NCBI GenBank assembly: GCA_026390445.1
Contig: JAPLFX010000121.1
Location: forward strand, 4,175-68,174
DNA length: 64,000 nucleotides
Direction: 5' to 3'
DNA from: Pseudomonadota bacterium
Lineage (GTDB): Bacteria; Bdellovibrionota_B; Oligoflexia; Oligoflexales; CAIYRB01
A model generated the notes under the pieces. That model ran no database searches and was not told where the DNA came from. It was given only the letters and a program-made list of their open reading frames with translations. Below are positions 26,572-36,809 of the stretch, piece by piece. Each line of letters starts with the position of its first letter. Within the stretch, counting starts at the first letter, position 1. The translations under genes and the position numbers were made by a program.

Positions 26572-27385
26572 GGCCCCGGCAAAAAAGCCGTCCAAGCCCG
26601 CCCAGCAGCAGATGATCGACGAGATCATGCGGCGCTTTGCCGCCGCGTGCCCAGACCCTAGGTGCGAACTTTACTACCGCACCCCCTTCCAGTTGTTACT
26701 CTCAGTCGCCCTGTCGGCGCAAACCACCGATAAGGCGGTCAACGCCGCCATGACCGCGAGCTACGACGCTGGCCTGACCCCGGAGTCGGTCGTTGCCATG
26801 GGGGAAAAAAACTTCCTCCACCTCATCCGGCGGATCGGTCTGGCGCCGACTAAAGCCAAGCGCGCCGTGGCTCTGGCCCGCATCCTCATCGCCCAGCATG
26901 ACAGCCAGGTGCCGCAGGACCGGGCCAGCCTTGAGGCCCTACCGGGAGTCGGCCGCAAGACCGCCAGCGTCGTCCTTGGCGAGATCTTTCGCGAGCCGAC
27001 TCTGGCGGTGGATACCCATGTCTTTCGCGTCACAGAACGCCTTGGACTGCATCACACCAAGACTGCGGATGCCTGCAGCGATGTCCTTACCGCCATCATC
27101 GGGCCCCAATACCTACCGACTGCCCACCACTGGCTGGTTCTACACGGCCGCTATGTGTGCAAGGCGCGAGCGCCGATGTGTGCTGACTGTGCCTTGAACG
27201 ACCTGTGTCCGAGCGCGACCCTGACTCCTCAGGCGGCCGCACGCAAGACTAGCCAACGCGCCGCCCTCAAGACCGTTCTCAAGACCCTCAAGCGTGGAGA
27301 TGCCACGGTGGCGCTGCCTGCAGCAAAGGCGCCACGCCGAGCTCGCGCAACTGCCGCATCAACTCCTGCAGCGGTAAACCGATGA
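26546..27385 (+). CDS. nth: endonuclease III with a C-terminal basic extension
   Basis: HhH motif LPGVGRKTASVVL and Fe-S cluster loop CKARAPMCADCALNDLC. The start could instead be MIDEIM at 26612. Confidence 0.8.
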   Translation: MLSSKSRSKAPAKKPSKPAQQQMIDEIMRRFAAACPDPRCELYYRTPFQLLLSVALSAQTTDKAVNAAMTASYDAGLTPESVVAMGEKNFLHLIRRIGLAPTKAKRAVALARILIAQHDSQVPQDRASLEALPGVGRKTASVVLGEIFREPTLAVDTHVFRVTERLGLHHTKTADACSDVLTAIIGPQYLPTAHHWLVLHGRYVCKARAPMCADCALNDLCPSATLTPQAAARKTSQRAALKTVLKTLKRGDATVALPAAKAPRRARATAASTPAAVNR

Positions 27386-27917
27386 TCGACGAATGCTCGG
27401 AGGCGACCCGTTCAAAGAGCTGGACGCCGCGGTTTTCGAACTGATAGCAGCCGACGCTGCCCTGCCACTCCCCGGTCGCTAGGTAGCCGTCAATCTCCGC
27501 TGGGCTGAGCCGCCGCATGGCCATGGCGACATCGACGGTGAAGCGACGCAGCACGCGCGCCGGTTGCGCGGCGTCACCGTAAGCCAGGACGATGGCCGAA
27601 TGCAGCGTGTGGGTTTTACCGTTTAAGGACTCGAGATGTCGCTTGGCGGTGGCCAAGTCGGGCGCCTTGTCGTAGGAGTGTCCGTCCAGGCTCAGGACCT
27701 GATCGGCACCGATGACCAGGCATTCGGGCGACTGCGCTGCGACGGCCAAACCCTTTGCCGCAGCACGCGCCTCGGCCAACTGGCGGGGCTCTGGAGCTTT
27801 GATCGCGGCTTCGTCGATGGGAGCAACCACGACCTCAAAGGCCAAGCCGGTCGAGGCCAAAAGCTGACGCCGAAACGGCGACTGAGATGCCAGCACGATC
27901 TTTTTAATACTTGCCAT
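27288..27917 (-). CDS. maf: Maf-like nucleoside triphosphate pyrophosphatase
   Basis: IVLASQSPFRRQLL N-terminus and overall Maf pattern. Start at MASIKK (27917). Confidence 0.75.
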   Translation of the reverse strand: MASIKKIVLASQSPFRRQLLASTGLAFEVVVAPIDEAAIKAPEPRQLAEARAAAKGLAVAAQSPECLVIGADQVLSLDGHSYDKAPDLATAKRHLESLNGKTHTLHSAIVLAYGDAAQPARVLRRFTVDVAMAMRRLSPAEIDGYLATGEWQGSVGCYQFENRGVQLFERVASEHSSIIGLPLQELMRQLRELGVAPLLQAAPPWHLHA

Positions 27918-27973
27918 GACCCTACCTTCCTGACAGTTACGGGGGGCGGTCCACGCCACGGAGACTTACACCC

Positions 27974-29194
27974 TTGTTGCATACAGATACCCTAGCTGAA
28001 GCGCCTCGTCAGCCGCAGGCCGACACCGGCCCTGATGATGGCTTTTTACCGGAAGAATTTCGCCGCTTCGCCGACGACCCGGAGTCGATCACGGCCCGGG
28101 CGGCGCGACGCTTTGGCGTCCCGGCCACCAGCTTCATCAACTGGCGCTGGCAGATGCGCCACCAGGTCGGCAATGCCGAGCAGGCTTTGGCCCGCTTGGC
28201 CCTGAGCACGTCGGAAGAAGACGGCTTTAAACTCCTCGCCGATGCCTTCGTCAGCGGCGTCACGCCGTATTACCTGGCCTTGATGGATCAGGATCCGAGC
28301 CAATGCTGTCCGGTCCGCCTCCAGGGCCTACCGCGCCGCGAGGAATTAAATGTCCGCGTCGGCGTCAAGGACCCCTTGGACGAAGTACCGCACTCCCCGG
28401 TCAAAGAAGTCGTCCAGGTCTACCCGGACCGCGTCGCTTTTTGCGTGGCTCAGCTCTGCCCCGTCTATTGCCGCTACTGTTTTCGCAAACGCCGCGACGA
28501 GGAGGATGGACTGCACTTCAACCGCCGCATCGTCGATCGCGGCATCGCTTATATCGCTAGCAACCCAGCGATCCGCGACGTGCTCATCACCGGCGGCGAC
28601 CCGTTTATCGCCAGCGACGAGGCCATCGACAACCTCCTCAGCCGCATCCGGGCGATTCCCCACGTCGAGATCATCCGCTTTGGCACGCGCACTCCGGTCA
28701 CCCTCCCCTACCGGGTGACCGCGCGGCTGGCCAAGATTTTAGCCAAATTTCATCCTGTTTGGCTCAACACGCATTTTAATTGCGCCGAGGAGATCACTCC
28801 CGAGGCCGCCCAGGCCGTCGCCAACCTGGTCGACCATGGCATCCCGGTGGGCAACCAGTCCGTTCTGCTGCGCGGTGTCAACGACACCACGGAGCGCCAT
28901 ATCAAGCTGCTGCGCGAGCTGCTGAAGATACGGGTCAGACCATACTACCTGTTCCACCCGCACCTGATCGAAGGGACGGAGCACCTGCGTGTTCCGGTCG
29001 ACGCGGGCCTGCGCCTGATGAAGTCTCTGCGCGGCAACATCACTGGACTGGGGATTCCAACCTACATCGTCGACACGCCGTCCGGGAAGGTCCCGATGAT
29101 GCCGAACCATGTCCTGGGTACCGACGGCGAGGACCTGCTGCTGGAGGATGTGCGTGGTCAGATTTGGCGGGAAAAATCGGCTCTTAACCCTTGA
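27974..29194 (+). CDS. KamA-family radical SAM lysine 2,3-aminomutase-like protein
   Basis: CPVYCRYCFRK (CxxxCxxC) followed by ITGGDP. Apparent TTG start. Confidence 0.75.
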   Translation: MLHTDTLAEAPRQPQADTGPDDGFLPEEFRRFADDPESITARAARRFGVPATSFINWRWQMRHQVGNAEQALARLALSTSEEDGFKLLADAFVSGVTPYYLALMDQDPSQCCPVRLQGLPRREELNVRVGVKDPLDEVPHSPVKEVVQVYPDRVAFCVAQLCPVYCRYCFRKRRDEEDGLHFNRRIVDRGIAYIASNPAIRDVLITGGDPFIASDEAIDNLLSRIRAIPHVEIIRFGTRTPVTLPYRVTARLAKILAKFHPVWLNTHFNCAEEITPEAAQAVANLVDHGIPVGNQSVLLRGVNDTTERHIKLLRELLKIRVRPYYLFHPHLIEGTEHLRVPVDAGLRLMKSLRGNITGLGIPTYIVDTPSGKVPMMPNHVLGTDGEDLLLEDVRGQIWREKSALNP

Positions 29195-29310
29195 CAACGA
29201 CCATGCGGCTGGGATGCTACGGCCAATTCTCATCATTCGCTAGACTCTGCGTCCATCCTCCGGCATAAGGAAAGGGGGCCAAAAATCGGCATCTGATAGA
29301 GGAGGGGTCC

Positions 29311-30099
29311 TTGACCACGGTATGCGTGCCTCACTTTATGAATGCGCTGCTAGCAGAGTTGCAGGCGGATGCCGGTAAGCGTGGCGTACGGCTAATCGGG
29401 GACACCAGCACGGACATGACGATCGAGGTTGAGGCCGCCGTCCTGCATGGTGGTCTGAATGAGATCATCGGCACATTGATTCGCAACGTTCCCAATACTA
29501 GCTCGATCAGCCTAGTCACCAGTCTGGTGATTCCTAAAGACCCAGTCAAACAAGAGCCGGCGCTGCTGATTGAAATCACAGCGCCAGCGATGACCAACAC
29601 CGTCGACGTCGATGCCGATATCCGCGGCATGCGCGCGAGTCTGGCGCATGGGTTTACCGATATCATCGTCGCCAGCCGCGAGCATAGTTGGTCATTAGGC
29701 ATCACTTTGCCCGGTGTCACCCTGCATCGGCAGGACGGCCCAAACTTTACCGCCGTCGTCGTCGACGATGACCCAGACACTCAAGACTATCTGCGCGCCG
29801 TGTTGGAAATGCGCGGCATGAAGGTCATCTCGGTCAGCGACGGCTTTGACGCGCTGATCGTCATCGAGCGCTACCGGCCAGACGTCGTCCTCACCGACAT
29901 CTTGATGCCTAATATGAACGGCATCGACCTGATCACCCGCATCAAAAAGGCATGCCCGGAAGTACCGGTCATCGTCTTTAGCGGCTTTAGAGACAGCCTC
30001 GTCGATGCCATTGCTGGCTTGCCCGACGTCATTCTACCCAAGCCTCTTACCCGTGATCTGGTGCTCAACGCCCTTGCCGCCGTGCTACCATCTTCCTAG
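29311..30099 (+). CDS. response regulator receiver protein with a degenerate HATPase-like N-terminal region
   Basis: C-terminal REC domain: VVVDDDPD, VVLTDILMPNMNGIDL, PVIVFSGF, LPKP. RBS GAGGAGGGG before the TTG at 29311. Confidence 0.65.
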   Translation: MTTVCVPHFMNALLAELQADAGKRGVRLIGDTSTDMTIEVEAAVLHGGLNEIIGTLIRNVPNTSSISLVTSLVIPKDPVKQEPALLIEITAPAMTNTVDVDADIRGMRASLAHGFTDIIVASREHSWSLGITLPGVTLHRQDGPNFTAVVVDDDPDTQDYLRAVLEMRGMKVISVSDGFDALIVIERYRPDVVLTDILMPNMNGIDLITRIKKACPEVPVIVFSGFRDSLVDAIAGLPDVILPKPLTRDLVLNALAAVLPSS

Positions 30100-30114
30100 A
30101 CGAAGACACCTAGG

Positions 30115-31275
30115 TTGATGTCGCACAAGGAGCAAGGGATGGCAGCGCTGGACGAGTTGGCCAAGCTCAGAGAGCAGGTACGAGCGATCGATGAACAGTT
30201 CTATCAGCTCGCCGCCGAGCGTCTCGCCCTGGCCCGCCAGATCGGCGCCGTGAAAAAGGCGGCGCACCTACCGATCAAAGACTACAAGACCGAGAAAGAT
30301 GTCCTGGAGCGCAGTCGCATCAAGGCGAAGGAGTTTGGTCTACCGCAATGCATGGGCGAGGACCTTGCCGGACTGCTCATCCGCTACGCCGTGCAAGCCC
30401 AGGACGAATTTCATCGCCAGATCGACCGCGCTCGCACTGAGCCAACACAGCAGGTGTTGATCGCTGGTGGCCTGGGCCGGATGGGACTTTGGCTATCCGA
30501 ATTTTTCGACTCCTTTGGTCACCGCGTCACGCATTATACGCCGCAGCCAACGGCTACGAACGCGCCCGGATCATCACGCTACCCGCTCGTCCATGACTTG
30601 ACCAGCGAAGCCCGACGCGCGGATATCGTCGTCCTGGCGACGCCGATTTCCGCCACACCAGCGCTGATCGACCAGCTTGCCGACTCAGGGACAAAGGCTT
30701 TGGTGTTCGACATCTGCTCGTTAAAAACACCGCTCATCCCCGCCATCACCCGGGCGCAAGCCAAGGGCCTGGCCATCGGCTCGGTCCATCCGATGTTCGG
30801 GCCAAACGTCGAGGTTCTTGCCGGCAGCAATATCGTGCTGTGCAACCATGGCAATCAGGCAACGCTGGATCGCCTGCGGGCGTTGTTTGCCATGACCACG
30901 GCCAATTTGCATACCGTGCCGTTGGCAACGCATGACCGCCTTATGAGCTATGTCCTCGGCCTGTCGCACTTAAGCAACTTGGTCTTTGCTGAAGCCCTGA
31001 CGCGCAGCGGCGAGAGCTTCCATGAACTAAACCTGGTCGCCTCTACCACCTTTCAATCGCAGCTCCGCCTGTCCTTGCCGGTGGTGCACGAGAACGAACA
31101 TCTTTACTACGAGATTCAAGTCGAGAACAGCTACACGCCCCAGCTCTTGACCTTGCTACAGCAGTCCCTAGCGCACTACGGCAAGGCGATCCAGGGCCGC
31201 GATGAGGCCTTGTTTTGTAACCTCATGACGGCGGCGCGGGATTACTTTAAGGATGAAACGAAGGCCAAGACCTAA
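30115..31275 (+). CDS. tyrA: bifunctional chorismate mutase / prephenate dehydrogenase
   Basis: N-terminal AroQ-type helix LREQVRAIDEQFYQLAAERLALARQIGAVKK, then the NAD-binding IAGGLGRMG and a prephenate dehydrogenase-like body (SVHPMFGP). Confidence 0.7.
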   Translation: MMSHKEQGMAALDELAKLREQVRAIDEQFYQLAAERLALARQIGAVKKAAHLPIKDYKTEKDVLERSRIKAKEFGLPQCMGEDLAGLLIRYAVQAQDEFHRQIDRARTEPTQQVLIAGGLGRMGLWLSEFFDSFGHRVTHYTPQPTATNAPGSSRYPLVHDLTSEARRADIVVLATPISATPALIDQLADSGTKALVFDICSLKTPLIPAITRAQAKGLAIGSVHPMFGPNVEVLAGSNIVLCNHGNQATLDRLRALFAMTTANLHTVPLATHDRLMSYVLGLSHLSNLVFAEALTRSGESFHELNLVASTTFQSQLRLSLPVVHENEHLYYEIQVENSYTPQLLTLLQQSLAHYGKAIQGRDEALFCNLMTAARDYFKDETKAKT

Positions 31276-31280
31276 GTTCA

Positions 31281-31335
31281 GATTGGATTGGAGAGTTTTA
31301 GCTCAAGGAAAATGCTAAAACCTTCAAACCCAATC
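31281..31335. terminator. long imperfect hairpin between convergent genes
   Basis: Arms GATTGGATTGGAGAGTTTTAGC (31281..31302) and GCTAAAACCTTCAAACCCAATC (31314..31335). Both ends are perfect (GATTGG and GTTTTAGC) and the middle is imperfect. Confidence 0.4.
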
Positions 31336-31348
31336 TTCCAACATTCCC

Positions 31349-32746
31349 CTAAGCCCGCTCCCCCCGCATAATCCCCGAGATCACAAAGGCCATCTCCAGC
31401 GCCTGACTGTAGTTGAGGCGCGGATCGCAAAAGGTTTCGTAGTTGCGCGTAAGGTCGCTTTCGCCCAAGCCCGCTGCACCACCGGTGCACTCGGTGACAT
31501 CCTCACCGGTCATCTCGAAATGCACGCCGCCCAGACGGCCGCCCAAAGCACGATGGACGCTAAAGCAAGCACGAAGCTCCCCAAGGATCGCATCGAAGTC
31601 GCGGGTCTTGATGCCGTCCTTGGTCTTAATGATGTTGCCGTGCATCGGATCGGAACTCCACAGCACCTTGAGACCATGGCGCTGCACCGCAGCCACCGCT
31701 GGCGGCAAGCAAGCCTCAACTTTGCCCTCACCAAAACGTGTGATGATGGTGATCCGGCCGGCCTCGTTCGTTGGATTGAGCGCTTTGAGCAGCAAGGCCA
31801 TCTCTTCAGGGTCCGCCGACGGCCCCCATTTGATGCCGATCGGATTGGCGATCCCGCGGAAGTATTCGATGTGCGCCCCGCTGATCTCGCGCGTCCGATC
31901 GCCGATCCACAGCATGTGCGCACCGAGGTTATAGTGCCGCCCACCAGGGGAGAGTTGCCGCGTCATGGCCTCCTCAAACCCGAGCAGCAAGCCCTCATGC
32001 GAGGTGAAAAAATCGACCGACCCCAGGCGTTCCTCACGGATCCCGCCAAAGGAGGACATGAAGGCGACGGCGTCTTGGATATTGGCGACGACTTGGCCAT
32101 AGCGTTGCCGCTGCGCGCTCTTGCCGACAAAACTCAAATCCCAGTTTTGTGGGTGATGCAGATCGGCGAACCCACCGGTGATCATCGCCCGCAGATAATT
32201 AAGTGTCATCGAGGCGGCATAATAGCTCTGCAGCAGGCGGCTTGGGTCAGCCTTACGCCCCGTCGCATCGGGCTCAAAGGAATTGATGTTGTCACCACGA
32301 AACACCGGCAAGGTCATGCCGTCAATCACCTCGGTATCGGCGGAGCGCGGCTTGGCGTATTGACCGGCAATGCGGCCCACGCGGACCACGGGTTGGCGCG
32401 CCCCGTAGGCGAGCACGACCGACATCTGCAGCAGGATTTTTAGCTTGCTGGTGATGGTTTCCGGGGTGCAATCCTGAAAGCGCTCGGCGCAGTCGCCACC
32501 TTGCAGCAAAAAGCGCTCGCCCGCAGCGGCGTCGGCCAACTGCCGACGTAGGTTGTCGACCTCGCCGACGAACACCAATGGCGGGTAGCCACGAATTGTG
32601 TCCAACGCGGCGCCCAAAGCCTTGGCGTCGTCATAATGGGGCTGCTGCTTGATCGGCTTGGCGCGCCAAGAACTCGGCGACCAAGATGTGGGGTGAATCC
32701 AGGGGGCCTGCTCGACATTAGGATCGGCGTGATCGCCCATTTGCAC
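31349..32746 (-). CDS. class II 3-deoxy-7-phosphoheptulonate (DAHP) synthase
   Basis: About 465 aa. RIAGQYAKPRS and HGNI motifs and a length typical of class II (plant-like) DAHP synthases. Confidence 0.8.
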   Translation of the reverse strand: MQMGDHADPNVEQAPWIHPTSWSPSSWRAKPIKQQPHYDDAKALGAALDTIRGYPPLVFVGEVDNLRRQLADAAAGERFLLQGGDCAERFQDCTPETITSKLKILLQMSVVLAYGARQPVVRVGRIAGQYAKPRSADTEVIDGMTLPVFRGDNINSFEPDATGRKADPSRLLQSYYAASMTLNYLRAMITGGFADLHHPQNWDLSFVGKSAQRQRYGQVVANIQDAVAFMSSFGGIREERLGSVDFFTSHEGLLLGFEEAMTRQLSPGGRHYNLGAHMLWIGDRTREISGAHIEYFRGIANPIGIKWGPSADPEEMALLLKALNPTNEAGRITIITRFGEGKVEACLPPAVAAVQRHGLKVLWSSDPMHGNIIKTKDGIKTRDFDAILGELRACFSVHRALGGRLGGVHFEMTGEDVTECTGGAAGLGESDLTRNYETFCDPRLNYSQALEMAFVISGIMRGERA

Positions 32747-32840
32747 TTCCTGAGCGGTTTAAAAAAGCGTAGCCTTATCCTTATACACCCCGCAGGCGGG
32801 CACGCGCCACCGTCTTCGCCGCACTGGAGTTGCTACCGTC

Positions 32841-33659
32841 GTGACCCTAGACTCCATAGAGCCATTGCTTCGCAATATCGCTTTGATTGGCTTCGCCCTG
32901 GCGTCGGTCTTGTATCTGTTCAGTGTGCAGCAAACGGCGAAGGTGTTGTGGCCGGCAAGAGGCGCGTTCCTCAGCTTCACCGCCGCGACCTTGGCGATCA
33001 CCAGCGCTGCCGCCCTCCAGCTTCAGGATGCCCAACCCCTGGAACTGAGTGCCTTACTCCTGAGTGCGGCGATCGGCTGGCTGACCGTCATCGGCCACCT
33101 TAAGTTCAATATGCGGCTGATCGGGGCCTTTGTCGCGCCGTTGGCGACGCTGATCTTGATGATGCAGTTTTTCATCACCCCCGGACACCCGACGGTCCCC
33201 GAGAACGAGACCTCAGCCCTACTCGTCGACTTTCACGTCGTCATGGCCATCCTGGGTCAGGCCTTTGCCATCATCGCCTGCGCCGTCTCGGTCTTCTACC
33301 TGTGGCAGCAAAACCTCCTGAAGAAGAAGCGCCTGAGCCAGCTCGCGCAGAATCTACCGGCCATCGACCGCATCGATCGCTTGTTGCGGATCAGCTTGTG
33401 GACTGGTTTCATCCTGATCACCGTGGGTCTCCTCAGTGGTGCCATCTATACCCAGCTCTATGCCCCGCCGGAAACGATGCGCCTCAGTGCGAAGGTGATC
33501 TGGGCGACGGCCGTTTGGTTGTGGTATCTGGCGACCCTACTGGCCAAGAACGTCTTCGGCCGTTCCTCCAAACGCATTGCCCAGATGTGCCTGGCCGGCT
33601 TTATCCTGCTGGCCTTTAGCTATTTTGGCATGGGCTTTTTGCGCTCGGGGGGTCCTTGA
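32841..33659 (+). CDS. cytochrome c assembly family (CcsA/HemX-like) membrane protein
   Basis: Polytopic membrane protein with the Trp-rich segment VIWATAVWLWY. Lies immediately upstream of hemA, analogous to hemX in the Bacillus hem operon. Confidence 0.55.
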   Translation: MTLDSIEPLLRNIALIGFALASVLYLFSVQQTAKVLWPARGAFLSFTAATLAITSAAALQLQDAQPLELSALLLSAAIGWLTVIGHLKFNMRLIGAFVAPLATLILMMQFFITPGHPTVPENETSALLVDFHVVMAILGQAFAIIACAVSVFYLWQQNLLKKKRLSQLAQNLPAIDRIDRLLRISLWTGFILITVGLLSGAIYTQLYAPPETMRLSAKVIWATAVWLWYLATLLAKNVFGRSSKRIAQMCLAGFILLAFSYFGMGFLRSGGP

Positions 33660-34996
33660 ACGTGCGCCAAGGAACGGTCTTCTTTCTGCTCGGTGCAAGT
33701 CACGTCACCGCGCCGATGGCGCTGCGCGAGTTGTTGTTTATCGCCGAGGATTCGCTGGCGGCATTTCTGCCGCAGGTGCATCGCCGTTTTGGCTTTCACG
33801 AACTCGTGGTGCTGTCGACCTGCAACCGTTTTGAACTGATGGGCGTGGCACCGGCCTCGCCGGACCTGACGGCGCACCTCCATGAGGCCTTCTTCGAGCT
33901 GCACCGCCATCATGGCACCGTACAGCCGCATTACTCCGACGAAGACCTGCGGCAAAGCCTCTATCTGCATCTAGAAACCGACGCAGTGCGCCACCTCTAC
34001 CGCGTTGCCTCAAGCCTCGACTCCTTGGTCCTCGGTGAGACGCAGATCACCGGCCAATTCAAGGATGCGTTGGCCTTGGCGACACGCCTGGAAACGATCG
34101 GCCCGACCGTGCGTCGGCTCGGCCAAGAAGCCCTCGGCATCGCCAAAAAAGTGCGCAACCAGACCGCCATCGGCAAGAAGCACGTCAGCATCGGCCATGC
34201 CGCCCTGGACCTAGCTAAGAGGGTGTTTGGCGACCTCAGCGCGCATAAGTTCCTCATCGTCGGCGCTGGCGAAATGGCGCGTGTGACCGCCCAGTATATC
34301 GCCGGCTATAAACCGCGCGGCATTTATATCGCCAACCGCAGCCAAGCCAATGCCAAGAAGCTGACGCAGGAGCTAGGCGTCGGTGAGACTTACGGCATGG
34401 ACGACCTGCCGGCGCTGCTGGTCGCCGCCGATGTGGTCATCAGCGCGACCTCGGCACCGGGAATCGTCATCGACTTCGCCATGGTCCAACGCGCTCACGC
34501 GGCGCGTCGCGGGCGGCCGCTCATCCTGCTCGACATCGCCATGCCGCGCGATATCGAGGCCGCCGCCGGACAGCTCGAAGACGTCTATTTGTTTGATATC
34601 GACGATCTGCAGCAGGTCACCGCGGCCAATTTGGAGGAACGCCGTAAGGCTGCGGAGGAGGCCGAGGTCTTCATCAACCGCGGCGTCGAGCAGTTTCAGG
34701 ATTGGCAACGCACCTCGGAAATCAAGCCGATGCTGGCGGCCTTTCGCAGCTATCTAGAGCAACTCACGCAGCGTGAGGGAGCAAAGACCTTAGGCAAAGA
34801 GATGTTCAAAGATCTCTCGGCCAAGCAATTGGAAGCGATTCAAGGGCTGCTGCAGGCGGTCGCCGCCAAGATCGCCGCCGACGCCGCCCGCCAGATCTTG
34901 TCGCCGCCGCCGGGATTTGGCCAAGATCAATTGGCCACCTCACTGCAGGCGCTATTTCTTGACGAACAGCCACAGCAAAAAAAGGATACCGCGTGA
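33656..34996 (+). CDS. hemA: glutamyl-tRNA reductase
   Basis: VVLSTCNRFEL, LDSLVLGETQITGQ and IVGAGEMA motifs. Confidence 0.85.
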   Translation: MNVRQGTVFFLLGASHVTAPMALRELLFIAEDSLAAFLPQVHRRFGFHELVVLSTCNRFELMGVAPASPDLTAHLHEAFFELHRHHGTVQPHYSDEDLRQSLYLHLETDAVRHLYRVASSLDSLVLGETQITGQFKDALALATRLETIGPTVRRLGQEALGIAKKVRNQTAIGKKHVSIGHAALDLAKRVFGDLSAHKFLIVGAGEMARVTAQYIAGYKPRGIYIANRSQANAKKLTQELGVGETYGMDDLPALLVAADVVISATSAPGIVIDFAMVQRAHAARRGRPLILLDIAMPRDIEAAAGQLEDVYLFDIDDLQQVTAANLEERRKAAEEAEVFINRGVEQFQDWQRTSEIKPMLAAFRSYLEQLTQREGAKTLGKEMFKDLSAKQLEAIQGLLQAVAAKIAADAARQILSPPPGFGQDQLATSLQALFLDEQPQQKKDTA

Positions 34997-36015
34997 GCGC
35001 CGAGCCATCAGCCTCTAGTTCCAGGCCGCCGCGCCCCAGCGCCACGATCGCCACCCGCGGCAGTGCGCTCGCCCTGTGGCAAGCACAGTTTGTCAAAGGC
35101 CTGCTCCAAGCCAAGGGACTGCCGACGAATCAGCTCATCCTCAAGACGACGGGCGACCGCGTCCAAGACCGCTTTCTCCACGAAATCGGTGGCAAAGGCC
35201 TGTTCGTCAAGGAGCTGGAGGAAGCCCTCCTGGATGGTCGGGCCGACCTGGCCGTGCACAGCCTAAAAGATATGCCCGCCGTGGTCAGCACACCGTTTAC
35301 CTTGAGCGCGATCTTGCCACGGCATGCCGCCACCGACGTGCTGATTTTGCGCGATGATGTTCAAGCCCGGCTGAAGGCCCCCGAAGTCCTCACCGCCAAC
35401 CAGGTGTCCGCGCTCGGCGCCCTCACCGTCGGCACCGGTAGTTTGCGCCGCCAGGCGATCCTCAGGCGCGTCGCGCCGGCATTTAGCTGCGTCGGAGTCC
35501 GTGGTAATGTCGACACCCGCCTGCGTAAACTGGCCGAGGGGGAGTGGGACGCCTTGATCCTCGCCGAAGCCTCGCTCGACCGCCTGTCCATTAATGGGGT
35601 CTCGCGCCATCGTCTCGCTGCGGATTGGTTTATCCCTTGTGCCGGACAAGGCGCCTTAGCCATCGAGTCGCGCGAGGGCGATGCCCTGAGTTCTTGGCTG
35701 GGAGTGCTCGCTTGCGCCGAGACTACGCTCGCCGTCAGCATCGAACGCAGCGTGCTCGCGCGCTTGGGTGGCGACTGCACGATGCCTTTTGGCTGTTTAG
35801 CAAGGCGCAAGGACGCCGCAACGATCGAAGCCTCGGCAGCGATCTACGGCCCCAATGGCGAGATCGCCACGGCGCGCCACCAGGCACCGTGCGGCGACCC
35901 TGCGACCTTTGCCCGCACCGACTTTGTTACCGAGCTGCTCGACCAGCTGCGCGCCAACGGTGCACAGAACGTGCTCAAGGCCTTGGGCATCACCAAGCCG
36001 ACGCAGTGGACCTGA
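34993..36015 (+). CDS. hemC: hydroxymethylbilane synthase (porphobilinogen deaminase)
   Basis: IATRGSALALWQA, TTGDRV and ERSVLARLGGDCTMPFG motifs. Confidence 0.85.
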   Translation: MSAEPSASSSRPPRPSATIATRGSALALWQAQFVKGLLQAKGLPTNQLILKTTGDRVQDRFLHEIGGKGLFVKELEEALLDGRADLAVHSLKDMPAVVSTPFTLSAILPRHAATDVLILRDDVQARLKAPEVLTANQVSALGALTVGTGSLRRQAILRRVAPAFSCVGVRGNVDTRLRKLAEGEWDALILAEASLDRLSINGVSRHRLAADWFIPCAGQGALAIESREGDALSSWLGVLACAETTLAVSIERSVLARLGGDCTMPFGCLARRKDAATIEASAAIYGPNGEIATARHQAPCGDPATFARTDFVTELLDQLRANGAQNVLKALGITKPTQWT

Positions 36016-36017
36016 GG

Positions 36018-36809
36018 GTGAAGCGGCAGCCAAGCGGGAATCGTTCACCGAACGCCTCTAAGCACACCTTGATATGGACCAGAAGCGTCGAGGATTGGCC
36101 GGCCGATGCATCGGTGCTTTCCCGGTCTGCTGCGGCGACTTGGGACCTCCTGCATATCCCGTGCGTTGAGATCAGACCGCTGCCGCTGCTGCTGCCACAG
36201 GTAGCCCCCGACTATGTCGTCATCACCAGCGCCAACGCGGCCAAAAGAGCGGCGGGCGAACCTGCGTTCAAGCAGTCGATGCTTGCGGCTAAACAGGTGT
36301 TCACGCACGGTGCAAAGACGGCCAAGGCTCTACAGGCACTAGGCATCAACGCCACCTTGGTGCATGCGGCAAGCACCGCCGCCGACTTATGCACTTGGCT
36401 GGGACAGAACCTGCAAAAGCCCGCACACATCTGGTTGCCGATCGCTGCGGAGCCGGCCTTTGATATGGCGGCTGGACTTGCGACCCAAGGCTTTGCGACC
36501 TCCGTCCTACCGTGCTACGAAACCCTGGCCGAGGCGCGGCAAGCAAATCGTGAGCTGTTTAGCGAGGCATTGGCTGCAAAGCTGCAGCAGGAGCTCACCG
36601 GTGTCATCTGCTTTGCCAGCCCATCGGCGGTTGCGGGCTTTGCTCGAGTGTTTGCACCAAGGAGTCATGCCCTCGGTAAGTCGCTGCATGCATGCGTCAT
36701 CGGGCCGACCACCGAGGCGGCGGCAGTCGCTTGTTTTGAGCGGGTGACCGTGGCTGCCGAGGCAAGTATGGAGGCCTTGGTGGCACGGGCTACGAGTTTG
36801 CTGCCGTAA
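36018..36809 (+). CDS. hemD: uroporphyrinogen-III synthase
   Basis: Position after hemC, with a GTG at 36018 directly after the hemC stop. Weak HemD-like pattern ([11 protein letters not shown] ... [10 protein letters not shown]). The long upstream part of ORF 35625..36809 is an overlap artefact. Confidence 0.55.
   Translation: MKRQPSGNRSPNASKHTLIWTRSVEDWPADASVLSRSAAATWDLLHIPCVEIRPLPLLLPQVAPDYVVITSANAAKRAAGEPAFKQSMLAAKQVFTHGAKTAKALQALGINATLVHAASTAADLCTWLGQNLQKPAHIWLPIAAEPAFDMAAGLATQGFATSVLPCYETLAEARQANRELFSEALAAKLQQELTGVICFASPSAVAGFARVFAPRSHALGKSLHACVIGPTTEAAAVACFERVTVAAEASMEALVARATSLLP

Noticed and set aside
35625-36017. Upstream 131 codons of ORF 35625..36809, entirely inside hemC
   Set aside because: This is an open alternative frame typical of high-GC DNA. 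A hemD-like sequence only begins after the hemC stop (GTG at 36018).
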